Positions 1 to 10,919 of a DNA stretch of 64,000 bases are shown here, one piece after another. The position numbers were made by a program, and so were the translations under genes. This stretch comes from Elsinoe ampelina (lineage: Eukaryota). Position 1 is the stretch's first letter; every line of letters begins with the position of its first letter. The stretch covers positions 1,272,282-1,336,281 of the forward strand of contig ML992508.1 of assembly GCA_010093995.1 (NCBI GenBank), in the 5' to 3' direction. The notes beneath the pieces are model-generated. The model was given only the letters and a program-made list of their open reading frames with translations. It was not told the origin of the DNA and ran no database searches.

Positions 1-1134
1 TCGGAACAAGAAGCCGTCCGGAGTGAAGACCAGTACGGGCTGAGAGTTGAGGGGAGAGTCCAAGACTACAAGCCATCTCCCACATATAGACCACGAGATG
101 GCCTGAGCGTCCACAGTCGGCAGCGTTATTGATCTGAATGGGACCAAGCTGGGTGGGAGATAGAAAGAGAGTAAATCCTGTGCATCTCGTCTCATCAGAA
201 GCACCAACACCTCAGGTCGACCCTTTTGCCTTCGCAGAGCCCACGGACTGGTTTTGCCACCCATCTTGAGATCGCCGATTTCTGTCGCTCTACCCGTCGA
301 AAGATCCCACAGATTCACACTGCCAAACTCCCACACAACCATGAGTTGTTCCCTACCACTATCTGAGAGCACCTCAGCTGCATAAATCTTGCCGAGACTT
401 CCACTGCCGTTTGAGACGTGGATGTTGACGCTCGAGTCCTGGAGAGAGTAGGCGTGTACACCCTGTGTTGACACCAGCATGAGAAAGGTAGATTGTGGCG
501 ACCATTGTAACGATTGGTTCTCAGCGACGATTGTTGGTTGTGATGGTTCATCCAAAGGAAATGTGAAAGCTGGTGAGAGCGAAATGGCGTACTGGACGTA
601 TAAATTCTGCTGCGTTAATGAGGCAATGTACGTCCCGCAGGGCGATGGCACTGCAAAGTGGCAAGCTGTAATTGGTTAGGACGAGGAACAGCTTGCGATG
701 AGACGACTTACACTGGAAAGCTTGAGAACCTTCCATCATACAAAGAGAAATTCGTTACCCGTTGCTCATCAAGACTATTTCTTCTTGTCGAAGTGTCAAG
801 CTTGAGTGTGAGTAAACAAAGGATGGTCAAATCCGGCCAATCACATGAATTGTATGCAGTTTTCCTCATTCGGCATGGCTCCTCCGCTCCGCTCTAGAAA
901 TTCAATTCTTCCGACCTGAGCAAATATTCGGACCAACTCTTTACAAACCTGCTCGAGACCGCTGAACGGTGATGACAGTGACGAGCAACCTCCTTGTTGA
1001 AGGGTAAGTATATAAGCTTGGTAGGTTGTGGTGGATATGTTGTTACAATTCCTCCGCTCCATCGAGTCACCTTCAGACCATCTCCCAGGCAGTGCCGCAT
1101 CTCTACTACAACTTGTAACAGCTCAAGTCTCACA

Positions 1135-2109
1135 ATGGTCATCGTCGCCTTCGCTGGCGCCAGCACTGGCCTCGGCCTTACCGTTCTCAACACCTTCCTT
1201 TCCATCCCGAATGCACACAAGCTTGTCCTCCTCTCCCGCTCCGCCTCTCCCTCCCTGACAGCACGCGGCGTTGACGTCCGTCCAGTCGACTACACCTCCC
1301 ACTCCTCTCTCACTTTTGCCCTGACTGGTGTTCATACCATCCTCTCCTTCATTGGCTCCATGGACACATCCGTCGTCGAGACTGCCCAGCTAGCCCTCAT
1401 CGCCGCAGCCAAAGAGGCCGGCGTGAAACGCTTTGCTCCTTCCGAATATGCTGCTTCTTCGAACGAGGGGATTGACGCCTATGCTGTCAAGGCGCGGGTC
1501 TGGCAGGCTTTGAAACGGAGCGGACTTGAGTACACCAAGTTCTCGTGCGGCTTGTTCATGAATATTCTCGGAACCGGAACTCCGAAAGACGTATCCGAGG
1601 GGTCGTGGGCCGCGACGGGCGAGGAAGAAGCGCTCGGTGCGTTGCGACCTTGGGACTTTGTGATTGACAAGCGGAGGGGTACAGCTGATCTGCCTGGCAA
1701 TGGTGATACGAAGATGGCGCTGACCTCAACGGAGGATATTGGCAGATTTGTGTTGAAAGCGCTAGATTTGGACGCCTGGCCAGAGGAGCTGGGGATGAAG
1801 GGCGACCTGAAGACTTTCAATGAGCTTGTTGAGTTATTGGAGAAAGCGCAGGAAAGGAAGTTTTTGGTCAGACACAACAGTGTGGCGGAGATGCAGGAAC
1901 AGATTCAGAGGGACGAAAGCACCAGGTTTTACAACCAAGTCAGAGTTGTGATCGCGGAAGGTAACTTCAAGGTTCCTGACACCTTGAACAAGGCCTTCCC
2001 AGATATCAAGCCGACGACTGCCGAAGAGTATATCGAGAAATGGTGGGGCGGAGTGACCGACCTTGGCGAGCCCGCTTGGGGCAAGGGAGTAGTCTTCGAT
2101 GTCGCGTAG
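1135..2109 (+). CDS. NmrA-like / isoflavone reductase-like NAD(P)-binding protein (atypical SDR), 324 aa, intronless
   Basis: ATG at 1135 in CACAATGG context. Rossmann N-terminus VAFAGASTGLG, then QLALIAAAKEAGVKRFAPSEY, YAVK and EDIGRFV, all typical of NmrA-like proteins. Confidence 0.85.
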   Translation: MVIVAFAGASTGLGLTVLNTFLSIPNAHKLVLLSRSASPSLTARGVDVRPVDYTSHSSLTFALTGVHTILSFIGSMDTSVVETAQLALIAAAKEAGVKRFAPSEYAASSNEGIDAYAVKARVWQALKRSGLEYTKFSCGLFMNILGTGTPKDVSEGSWAATGEEEALGALRPWDFVIDKRRGTADLPGNGDTKMALTSTEDIGRFVLKALDLDAWPEELGMKGDLKTFNELVELLEKAQERKFLVRHNSVAEMQEQIQRDESTRFYNQVRVVIAEGNFKVPDTLNKAFPDIKPTTAEEYIEKWWGGVTDLGEPAWGKGVVFDVA

Positions 2110-3165
2110 CTAGTTCCGCCAACCAGAGACTGTATAGGAGTTGTGTTTCCGGTACTCTTCGCATAATCTCAATGGTGCCCCTACACCAAATCTACCTCCG
2201 TCATCCCACCTGCAATACTCTTCACCTCTGGTAGTCTCTCGCTTGGTGATGGGCACCTCGCCCTTTCCCACACGAGTGAGGAAGTCCAGGACGTCTTGGA
2301 TTGCCTCTTCTGCGTCGACGCTAATCGTGTTGTGCGCTGCACCGAGCATGACTCGGGCGTTCTCACCGGTATTCCCATCGAGATTAGTGGTCTGCACAAA
2401 CGACAGTAGATGCTTCATGCTCTCCACGTAGGTCACCCAGTCACCCTCCTTTGGGAAGATGATGGGTCCAGGATAGATGCCTGGTATGCCATGGGCGTCT
2501 CCTGTCTCGTAGATGCTATCACCAACGTACAAGTGGCGCTCGGCTTGGTCGTACCATGCAATCTCGTCGGGCACATGGCCAGGAGTGTTAAAGATGGTGA
2601 TTCCAAGATTGGTCGTATCGATATCATCCGGTGTCGAGAACTCTCGAGATGTGAGCTTGCCCGCCTTTACTACTAGATCTGTGTCGTCGGCCACGAAATC
2701 GGTGGGCTTGTACTCGATCCGTGGCAAATTGCGGAATTTGGCCAACGAATGAGTGTAGATGTCATGTGAGACGAAGTGCTTGCCGGTCAGAGAGGATACG
2801 ATGATTGGTGGAGCGATGGCATGTCCTTGCTCGTAAAAGGCCGGTAGACCGTAGATGTGATCGTAGTGACAGTGCGAGATGATGATCACGTACTGCTTTT
2901 GGCCACCAGGGTTGAGTGGCTGATTATCGTTGGGTGGGACTGGACACTCCTCGAGAAATCGCCTTATCTCTGTATACTGAGCGTTCCGACTTCGTTTGTG
3001 TGGTGCGTTCAGACCAGTGTCGGACAAGACGAGTACTGGGCGGTCTGGATACAGTTTTGCATACAAGACTGGGTGTTCGCCGAATCGATCATCTTCCGTG
3101 ATCGCAAATGTGCTTTGGTTTACACGAGTCACCATGAACGAGCTCAGGTCATTTCTTATGACCAT
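2110..3165 (-). CDS. Metallo-beta-lactamase-fold hydrolase, 351 aa
   Basis: SDTG, SHCHYDH (HxHxDH), TPGH, VGD and a late His (AAHN): the full set of MBL metal-binding motifs. Confidence 0.85.
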   Translation of the reverse strand: MVIRNDLSSFMVTRVNQSTFAITEDDRFGEHPVLYAKLYPDRPVLVLSDTGLNAPHKRSRNAQYTEIRRFLEECPVPPNDNQPLNPGGQKQYVIIISHCHYDHIYGLPAFYEQGHAIAPPIIVSSLTGKHFVSHDIYTHSLAKFRNLPRIEYKPTDFVADDTDLVVKAGKLTSREFSTPDDIDTTNLGITIFNTPGHVPDEIAWYDQAERHLYVGDSIYETGDAHGIPGIYPGPIIFPKEGDWVTYVESMKHLLSFVQTTNLDGNTGENARVMLGAAHNTISVDAEEAIQDVLDFLTRVGKGEVPITKRETTRGEEYCRWDDGGRFGVGAPLRLCEEYRKHNSYTVSGWRN

Positions 3166-3788
3166 CTTGTCGAGCGAGATTGAAGTGCAAGATACAAGAG
3201 GATGGTATACTAAGGTAGACTAAAAGGGTGGCTTTGTAGCCTGCATTATGAAGCCCGACGTCACTACGCCTTTCAAAGATCCAGGATGTATTAATGCAGA
3301 CTAGATGGCCCCTGGCCCAGCAATTGTGAGATAATGGCACTTTGAGAACAGCAAAGCGTCACGCTTGCCAACCGCAATCATGTTGACCATGACAAGCACA
3401 AATTCTCTGCCTGTAGGACCCGATACGTAATATTTATCGATCTTGCCAGACTACAGTGTATAAGACTTAGTCACGGTACCGACGTCTGCCAGTTTCAAGG
3501 TGAAGCGAGCACCTGCATAAGGTATGGGCAAGTGCGGCAGATGCAATTGAACCACAGCTATCATGCTAGGCAGGTACCATAGCTGCATTATGGGAGTGCT
3601 TTGAACGATGTCAAAACTACCAGGTCTTAAGCCGATCCTAGACGTTTCGCTTCAAACGCATTGTGCGGTGTGGTAGTTCCTTGCATAACCTTCGGTTTCG
3701 TTCCCCCAAATCTTGCTATCGTGACGAAGAAAATGCCCATTCAACTTGTGACGCAAGGGTATGTTGACTTGTGTGGGGGAGGAAAAAG

Positions 3789-3930
3789 TGTTGTAATGGA
3801 AGGCTGGTACAGCTTCTCTGGTACTGAAGAACTGGTACTGATGAGTCAGCGCACGCACAGTAGATAAATCGGTTATTGTAACTCTCTGAATGAAACACAC
3901 GTCTCTCGATCCGATTTGCTAGTTATAACA
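3789..3930 (+). repeat. 5' LTR of the inner copia element
   Basis: Aligns without gaps to 10509-10650. By hand count there are 21 differences, all C>T or G>A in the other copy. Confidence 0.95.
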
Positions 3931-4266
3931 GGTTATGAGCCTAGCGCTTCTACAAAAGCACTTAAAGCTGTAGCAAATTAAGCGTGTTATTATTAAAAGG
4001 ATTACTAAGCCGCCCACACTGAATTCTAGACTAGCTGCATTAAGATAAACACTTATAGTAGCCCGTATTAACCCTTTAATTAAACGGCTTAAACGGCTTA
4101 AACAAGCTAATTACATTAATTAAATTAATAGGCCTTTAGCTAATTACTATTATTATGTCTAGATTAGTAAAAATGCTTAAGACTTAGATCCTTAAGAGAG
4201 AAAGTAACTATAATACTTAGAGATTAACCCTTAAGGTAGCCCTCCTTAAAAAGGATATACTTAGAC

Positions 4267-7200
4267 ATGCAATTTATAACATTAACTAGATACTAGTAGT
4301 TATAAAGCCTAAAGAACTAGCCCTAGATACTAGTAAAGGCACTAAGGCAATCTATAAGGTTAAAAATAAGACCTAGCACAAGAATAACAGAATTACTTAT
4401 AGTATTATTATAATAAGGATTTATAAATCTATTAGACCTTACTATAGTACAACTTAGAAGACTTTAAAGGAACTTCTAGACACTATTAAAGCTACATTTA
4501 AACCTATTGTTTTATATAAGCTATATATAGCTATCTATAACCTTAATAAGGTAATTATAACAAGTTATAATACCTAAAGGTACTATAAAGATTTTATAAA
4601 GTACTATTATTAATACACTATTACTATAGAGCAAAGAGCAAGCACTATTAGTACTAAACTAGATAAGTTTAGGCTCCCTCTATACTATATTAAGACTATG
4701 TTTATTATAGGAATAGAGACTACTAAATAATTAAGGAGCTAGAGATCTAGCTTTAACTATAAGAAGAGTCTTAAAGAAATAATAGACTCTCTTAGAATAT
4801 AGAAGCCTCTATATAATAGAAGAACTAATCTAAACTCTATTTATAGAGTAGCTAGTTATATTAAGGATTAATGTACTTAGTGTACTTATTATATCTACTC
4901 TAATATAGATTGCTTTAAGTAGCACTCTAAGAAAGCACTAAAGAGTTAGAGTAAAAGAGATAATAAAGATAGGTTAAATAATAAAGGCATAAAGGCTAAA
5001 GGTAAAGGTAATAAGTTAAAGACTAAGAAAGTTAAAGGTTAAGCAGCTATTAAAGAATCTAGAGAACCTACTAAGGTAGGTAAATTAGATAAACGCTCTA
5101 ACACTAATATTAATATTATTATACTAGTCTATAGGGCAGTAGTAGTATCTATATTATTATTCTTAACCTATAGTAAGAATAGAGTAATCTATAACTCTAG
5201 TACATTAAGGCACTTTATTAAAGACAGGTTATAGTTCTTAATAATTAAGGTATATAAAGGTGTTCTTAAATTTAAATAAGCTATTAGTATAAAGAAGCTA
5301 CTTAATGTAGAAGTTAGTATAGTTAGGCTTACTCTAACTAATAGCAAAGGCAAGAAGTTAATTATTAAGCTTTATAATTATATATACTTACTATTATTAC
5401 TAAACACTCTTATATCTAATCTTTAGAATAAAGAGGAACTTAGTATCTCTATAGTTAGCAAATCCTTAATAAAGAATAGAAAGAAAGTTAGCCTTATTAA
5501 ACACTTTAAAAGAGTTAAATAGCTTAAGAACTTTAAAGTCTATAAGCCTTAGAACTATAAGGAATTACCTACAAGGCTAAAACTATAGAAGCTATAGGCT
5601 ATAAGAGTAAATCTAGCTATTACAACTACTTAAAAGCTAATATTAGAAAGATAGCACTAAAGATTAAACTATACTAGTAACACTATTCTCTCCCTTACTA
5701 AAAGTTAAGCTATTAGATTAGAAGAACTTTAAATATTAGATCTTAGCTACTATAAACTATATACTATATTAAAGGCATAGAGAGTAGTATTAAGAGAACT
5801 AAGAGATATACTAAAGTGCTTACTAGATAAACTCTATCTAGACCTTATTAGTCCTATTAAACTATAGTTAAGTAAGGGCTATAGATACCTTCTCTTTATA
5901 ACATATAGCAAGAGTAAGTATAAGTTTATTACTATTCTCTTCCTTAAGAGTAATACACTAGCAGTAATTAAATTTATCTATATAAGGAACAAAATAGCCT
6001 ATAATAAGCTTTTATTTATCTTTATCTCTAATAGAGGAAGTAAATTTAAGAACTATAAACTAGTAATAGCTATTTATCTTAAAGGGTAGAGATAGAACAT
6101 CTCTATACCTAATACTTAATACTAAAATAGTAAATCTAAGGCTACTAATAAAGTAGTTATTCTTAGAATAAGATATATCTTTATTAATTATAAAGCACCC
6201 CTTAAACTCTAGTATATAGTTATAGAGTTTATAATCTATATTAGTAATAGAATTACCTACACTAAAACTAAAAAGATCCTTATATAAGAGCTAAGAAAGG
6301 ATCTTCTTAATAATAATAGGCTAGTCTTATTAACTTATATTAGACGCTTCGGCTATAGAGCCTATATCTATAACTAACATGTTTCTAAATTATATAAATT
6401 CTAAGCTAGAGTACTACTTAGTTAGCATATTAGTATATAGAACAACTTAATAACTAATTACCTTATCTAGATACTCTATTAGCATTATACTTAGCAAGCC
6501 TAGAAGGGAAAGATTATTATATTACCCTATATAACATTTAATAAGGATATAGTCTATAAGGATTAGGCAATATAACTAATTAAATAACTATACATTCCGT
6601 AGGCATAACTACCTAAGGCTTTATAGCTTTAGAGGGAGTAGACATTTAGTAGTAATTATTAGGCAGCTTATAGCTATAATTATAATTAACTACTCTTTAG
6701 TTATAAGAATCTATAAACTACTTAGGCTAAACAACTAATACTTAACTACCCCTTAATCCCTAAATATAAACAACTATCTACTCCTATTAAAGAACAAAGG
6801 GAGTAATACTAACATCCTAAACTAGATCCTTAACCTGTTAATAAACAGGGGAAGCAACTTAATATTGCTAATTATAAAGGTAAAGACCTTATAATACTAC
6901 TACCTAAAGTTATTAGTAAACTATATTTAACCTTTAATCCTATAGTTAATGTTAATTAACTACTAATATATATATAGAATAAGGATGTTAACTTCCTTAT
7001 TATACTATTTAATATATAACCTCTAATTAGTAAAAGGAAAAGATCTCTCTTACTATAAGAAACTATTAGAAGGTCCCTTAGAACATATCGCTAGATTAAT
7101 TATAAGAAACTTAATAATAGCAAGATTATTAGATCTATAGCTATTAATTTTAAGCTAGACCTACAAATAGTAAGAGATATACTATCCTCTCCTAAAGGTT

Positions 7201-8675
7201 ATTACTAGTAAGCTATAATAGAGGTAGAGTAGAAGGCTCTAACTAACTCTAAAACCTTTTTAATTATTAAGAAATTATAGGCACTAAGAGGTGTTAGGCT
7301 AATAATAGGCAAAGAGGTCTTTAAGACTAAGAGGCTTACTAATAGCAAAGTTAAAAGATATAAGACTCGTTAGACTATAAGGGGCTTTACTTAAAGAGTA
7401 GGCATTAACTTTGTTAGAACCTTTATACTAACACTAAGAGCTAAAACTAGAAGAGTAATCCTTGTATATACTCTTTATTATAACTAGGTTATTATAATAG
7501 CTAATATAGTTACTATATTCCTTAGACTAGATATTAATATTAAGAACTATATCTCCTACCTAGAAGGCGTACTAATTCCTAGTAAACAGAACAAGCTTAT
7601 TGTTCTTATAAAGGGCTTATATAGGCTTAAGTAAGCTACTACCCTCTAGTATAACGCTATAGTTAAGGCACTTCTATTACTTAGTTTTATTAGATCCTAT
7701 AGTGATACCTGTCTCTTTATTAATAAGTATTATATAGTTCTTATATATGTTAATGACTTTAGGATTATTGCTACTAGGTAGAAGCATGTAGATAAGCTAG
7801 TTAAAGATCTTTATCTTAAGTTTCTAATAAAGATTATAAACTTAAACCTCTTCCTTAGTGTTTAACTTTATAGAACTAAGGACTTAATTAAGATTAAGCA
7901 ATTATACTACTTAAAGGAGAAGCTTAAAGGTTATAATCTTTACTAAGTAAGAACTATAAAGTATCCTATTAATTAACTCTATAAACTAACTAATAGCTAA
8001 GTTAATACTTAGTACTATAAGACATTTAATAGGATTATTAGTGAATTATAATATCTAGCTAACAATATAAGGCCTAATATTAGCTATGCTACTAATTACC
8101 TAGCTAGGTTCCTTTAGAATCTAACTATAGCTTATATAGTTATAGCTAAACAGATCTAGAGGTATATTAATAGAACTATTACAAAGAGCCTTACCTTTAA
8201 GAAAACTAATAGACTATTAGTCGACATAATTAAGGCCTACTCTAACTTAGACTTTGCTAGAGATAGATTAACTATAAGATCTATATCTAGCACTATTATT
8301 TATATGCTTAGTGCACTAGTTATCTAGAAGTTAAAGCTATAGAAGATTATTATGTTATTAAGTACTAAGGCTAAATACCTTACCCTTACTAAGACCTATA
8401 GAGAGATTAATTAGTTAAGAAATCTTATTATTAAACTTAGGCTACTTGCTAATATTTACCTTAGCCTAACTATAGTCTTTATTAATAATAAGTTAGCTAT
8501 TAAACTTGCAAGAGATTATACTAATTTAAGGAGATCTAAGTATATTAATTTAAGGAATCATTACTATAGAGAGTAGTATAAACTTAGAGTAATTAAGCTT
8601 AAGTACATTAATATAACTTAGTAATTAGCTAATGCACTTATAAAGCCTAAGTCTCCTAATAAGATTCTTAATTAA
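4267..8675 (+). pseudogene. RIP-degenerate gag-pol of the inner copia element (ends approximate)
   Basis: Relic motifs IYNSSTLRHF (protease DSGA), LYLDLISP and SNRGSKF (integrase), YKTR*TIRGFT*, KGLYRLK*A and LIYVNDF (RT), RSKYINLRNHY and LANALIK (RNase H). Many TAA/TAG stops. Confidence 0.88.
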
Positions 8676-8849
8676 TTAGCAAAGGCTAATTACTTAGTGT
8701 ATATCTACACTATATACTTATTTAGATTTTATATATATTGTTATTTTAAGCATGTTACTTATACTACTATCACTTATTAAGCTATCTTATTTGTTAGAAG
8801 CCTAAAGTAATATCTGTTGCTTTATTATTAAAAAGAGAGAAAGGAAAAG

Positions 8850-10165
8850 CTATTATAACTCTATTACTAGCTACTTATACCTAAGCTACATCTACTACTT
8901 AATACTAACTACTATCCTATACTACTAACTACTTATTACACTCTACTAATTACTTCCTTAGAGGAGTCCTTATTCTCTTAAAGCCCTTAGAGCTAGTACG
9001 AGATCTATTACCTATTAATGTATTAGAGTTAGCCCTTAACCTTTCGTTTCTTAGGGAAGAACTAGATATATTCCTTACATGACCTGTACTACTAGCTAAA
9101 CCTTGTATAGTAAAGGTGTAAATAATTAGAAGGCTAGCTCTCTTACTAGATATAACCTTAGCTATACTTATAGCAAACCTAGCTATAATAACCTATAGGG
9201 CCTAGAGCTTAGCCTATATAGAATTTACTAGATTAACGAAGTCTATAGGGACTATAATAAAGTGGCGTAAGTTAGAATAGACTAAGGACTTGTTAATAAC
9301 GTTAGTAGGCCTACTACGAGAAGAAGTAGGCCTTAGTAAGAACCTTTAAGGTAAAGTATTACTAAAAGAGAAAGACCTTAGAAGCTTAGTTAGTAGGTGT
9401 ATTAGGCTATATAGAACAGGTTAGGTAATAGGCCTTAAACTACTTAGAGTTTCCTTTAGAGGCCTTAGAGTTAGAGTATACTAGATAAGAGAGCAAGTCT
9501 TGTACTATAGACTATAGGCATAGTTAGTATAGGTACTATAGAACTAGCTAGAGACTATAATATACTACTTGAACTTACTAGCTTTACTAAGGCTATTATT
9601 ATTACTTAGAGTAGAGCTCTAACACTTAGTGTAGCGGTTAGTACTATAGTAAACAACTCTTCTAGTAGCACTAGTTCCTATTAAGGTAGCTATATAAGTT
9701 AGAGAACTAGTTAAGTTAATTGTCTTAGTTAAGTTCTTTACCTAGATAGAGGCTAAGACTAAAAGATCTAGGTTACTAGCACCGAAAGCCTAAATAGTAG
9801 AGGACCTAAAGACTAAGTACAGCGAGTTGTAGTTGTAGTATCTAAGGTCCCTAAGCCTAGTAAGGTCGTTCTAGATGCTTATAGTAAGCTCCTAAGTAAG
9901 AACCTATTTAGTCCTAACTATAATAAGTTAGTACTACTTTTTAGACTATATAAGGGATAACATACTAAGAGTATTTAGTCTAGTAATAGCCCTTATAGCA
10001 CTCTACTCTTTTGTCTTAGAACTAGTTAAATCTCTAGACTAAGGAAGATTATATCCTCTACCTCTACTACCTAGCGAACTACCTAGTGCTCTAGCACTAG
10101 TAGCAATACTACTAATGCCTAGCTAAGTAGTAGCACTTATAGTATAAAGAGTTAGTTTATGCTAT
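8850..10165 (-). pseudogene. Putative RIP-degenerate extra antisense ORF inside the inner copia element (ends approximate)
   Basis: About 1.8 kb separates the pol end from the PPT. Spot-translated minus-strand stretches read like coding sequence broken by RIP-type TAG codons (LGSSLGSRGRGYNLP*, I*NDLTRLRDLRYYNYNSLY). Confidence 0.45.
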
Positions 10166-10508
10166 AGAAGGTGTAAAAGTGGAATGTAAAATAGTAGACT
10201 ATTGTTATAAGTGTAATAAAGGAAAGAGAAACTATAAAGAAGTTAGCTAGATACTTATATCTCCCTTGTTGAGATTTATAAGCTAATCTATTTATATAGA
10301 ATAATAGAGACAATAGCTGCCTAGCTATTATTAATAGTTACTATTGCTGCTAGCTATTACAAGCTAATCTAATAGTGAATTCTCACTAGTAATTAGCTAG
10401 CACTAATAATTATAAGCAATTATAAAGAGATAAAGTAATAAGCTAATTACTTTACTTATATATAATAGGATAGTTCTCTAGCTTTAATAATCTATACTAG
10501 AGAGGGAG

Positions 10509-10650
10509 TATTATAATAGAAGGCTAGTATAGCTTCTCTAGTACTAAAGAACTAGTACTAATAAGTTAGCGTACGTATAGTAGATAAATCGGTTATTATA
10601 ACTCTCTAAATAAAATACACATCTCTCGATCTAATTTGCTAGTTATAACA
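10509..10650 (+). repeat. 3' LTR of the inner copia element (heavily RIP-mutated)
   Basis: Direct repeat of 3789-3930, followed by the TSD AAAAG. Confidence 0.95.
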
Positions 10651-10919
10651 AAAAGGATTAATTACTACCTAATCTACTAAACTAAGGTAGATTATAACTA
10701 TATAAATACTTAACCTAATAAACTAAGAGATAGATAAATTAATAGAACTCCTAAGTAACAATAGATTAAGACAATAACTATCTAATTTAATTATAACTTA
10801 GTAGAGTAGTAGATAAGTGTTTAGTTCTACTAAGGGATAAACTAAATTAGGGTCCTTCTTAGCGCTCTAGCTTATACCTCGGTTAATACACCCCTTTACT
10901 AAATAGCTATAAGGCTGTT

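Larger units (their letters stand above)
3789..10650 (+). mobile_element. Inner Ty1/copia LTR retrotransposon (6862 bp), RIP-inactivated
   Basis: 142-bp LTRs at 3789-3930 and 10509-10650. TSD AAAAG at 3784-3788 and 10651-10655. PBS GGTTATGAGCC at 3931-3941 and PPT AGAGGGAG before 10509. Degenerate domains lie in PR-IN-RT-RH order. Confidence 0.95.

Noticed and set aside
340..900. Short Cys-rich ORFs (479-679, 658-897) with splice-like signals
   Set aside because: I could not build a consistent spliced gene with a start codon or signal peptide, and no motif was recognised.
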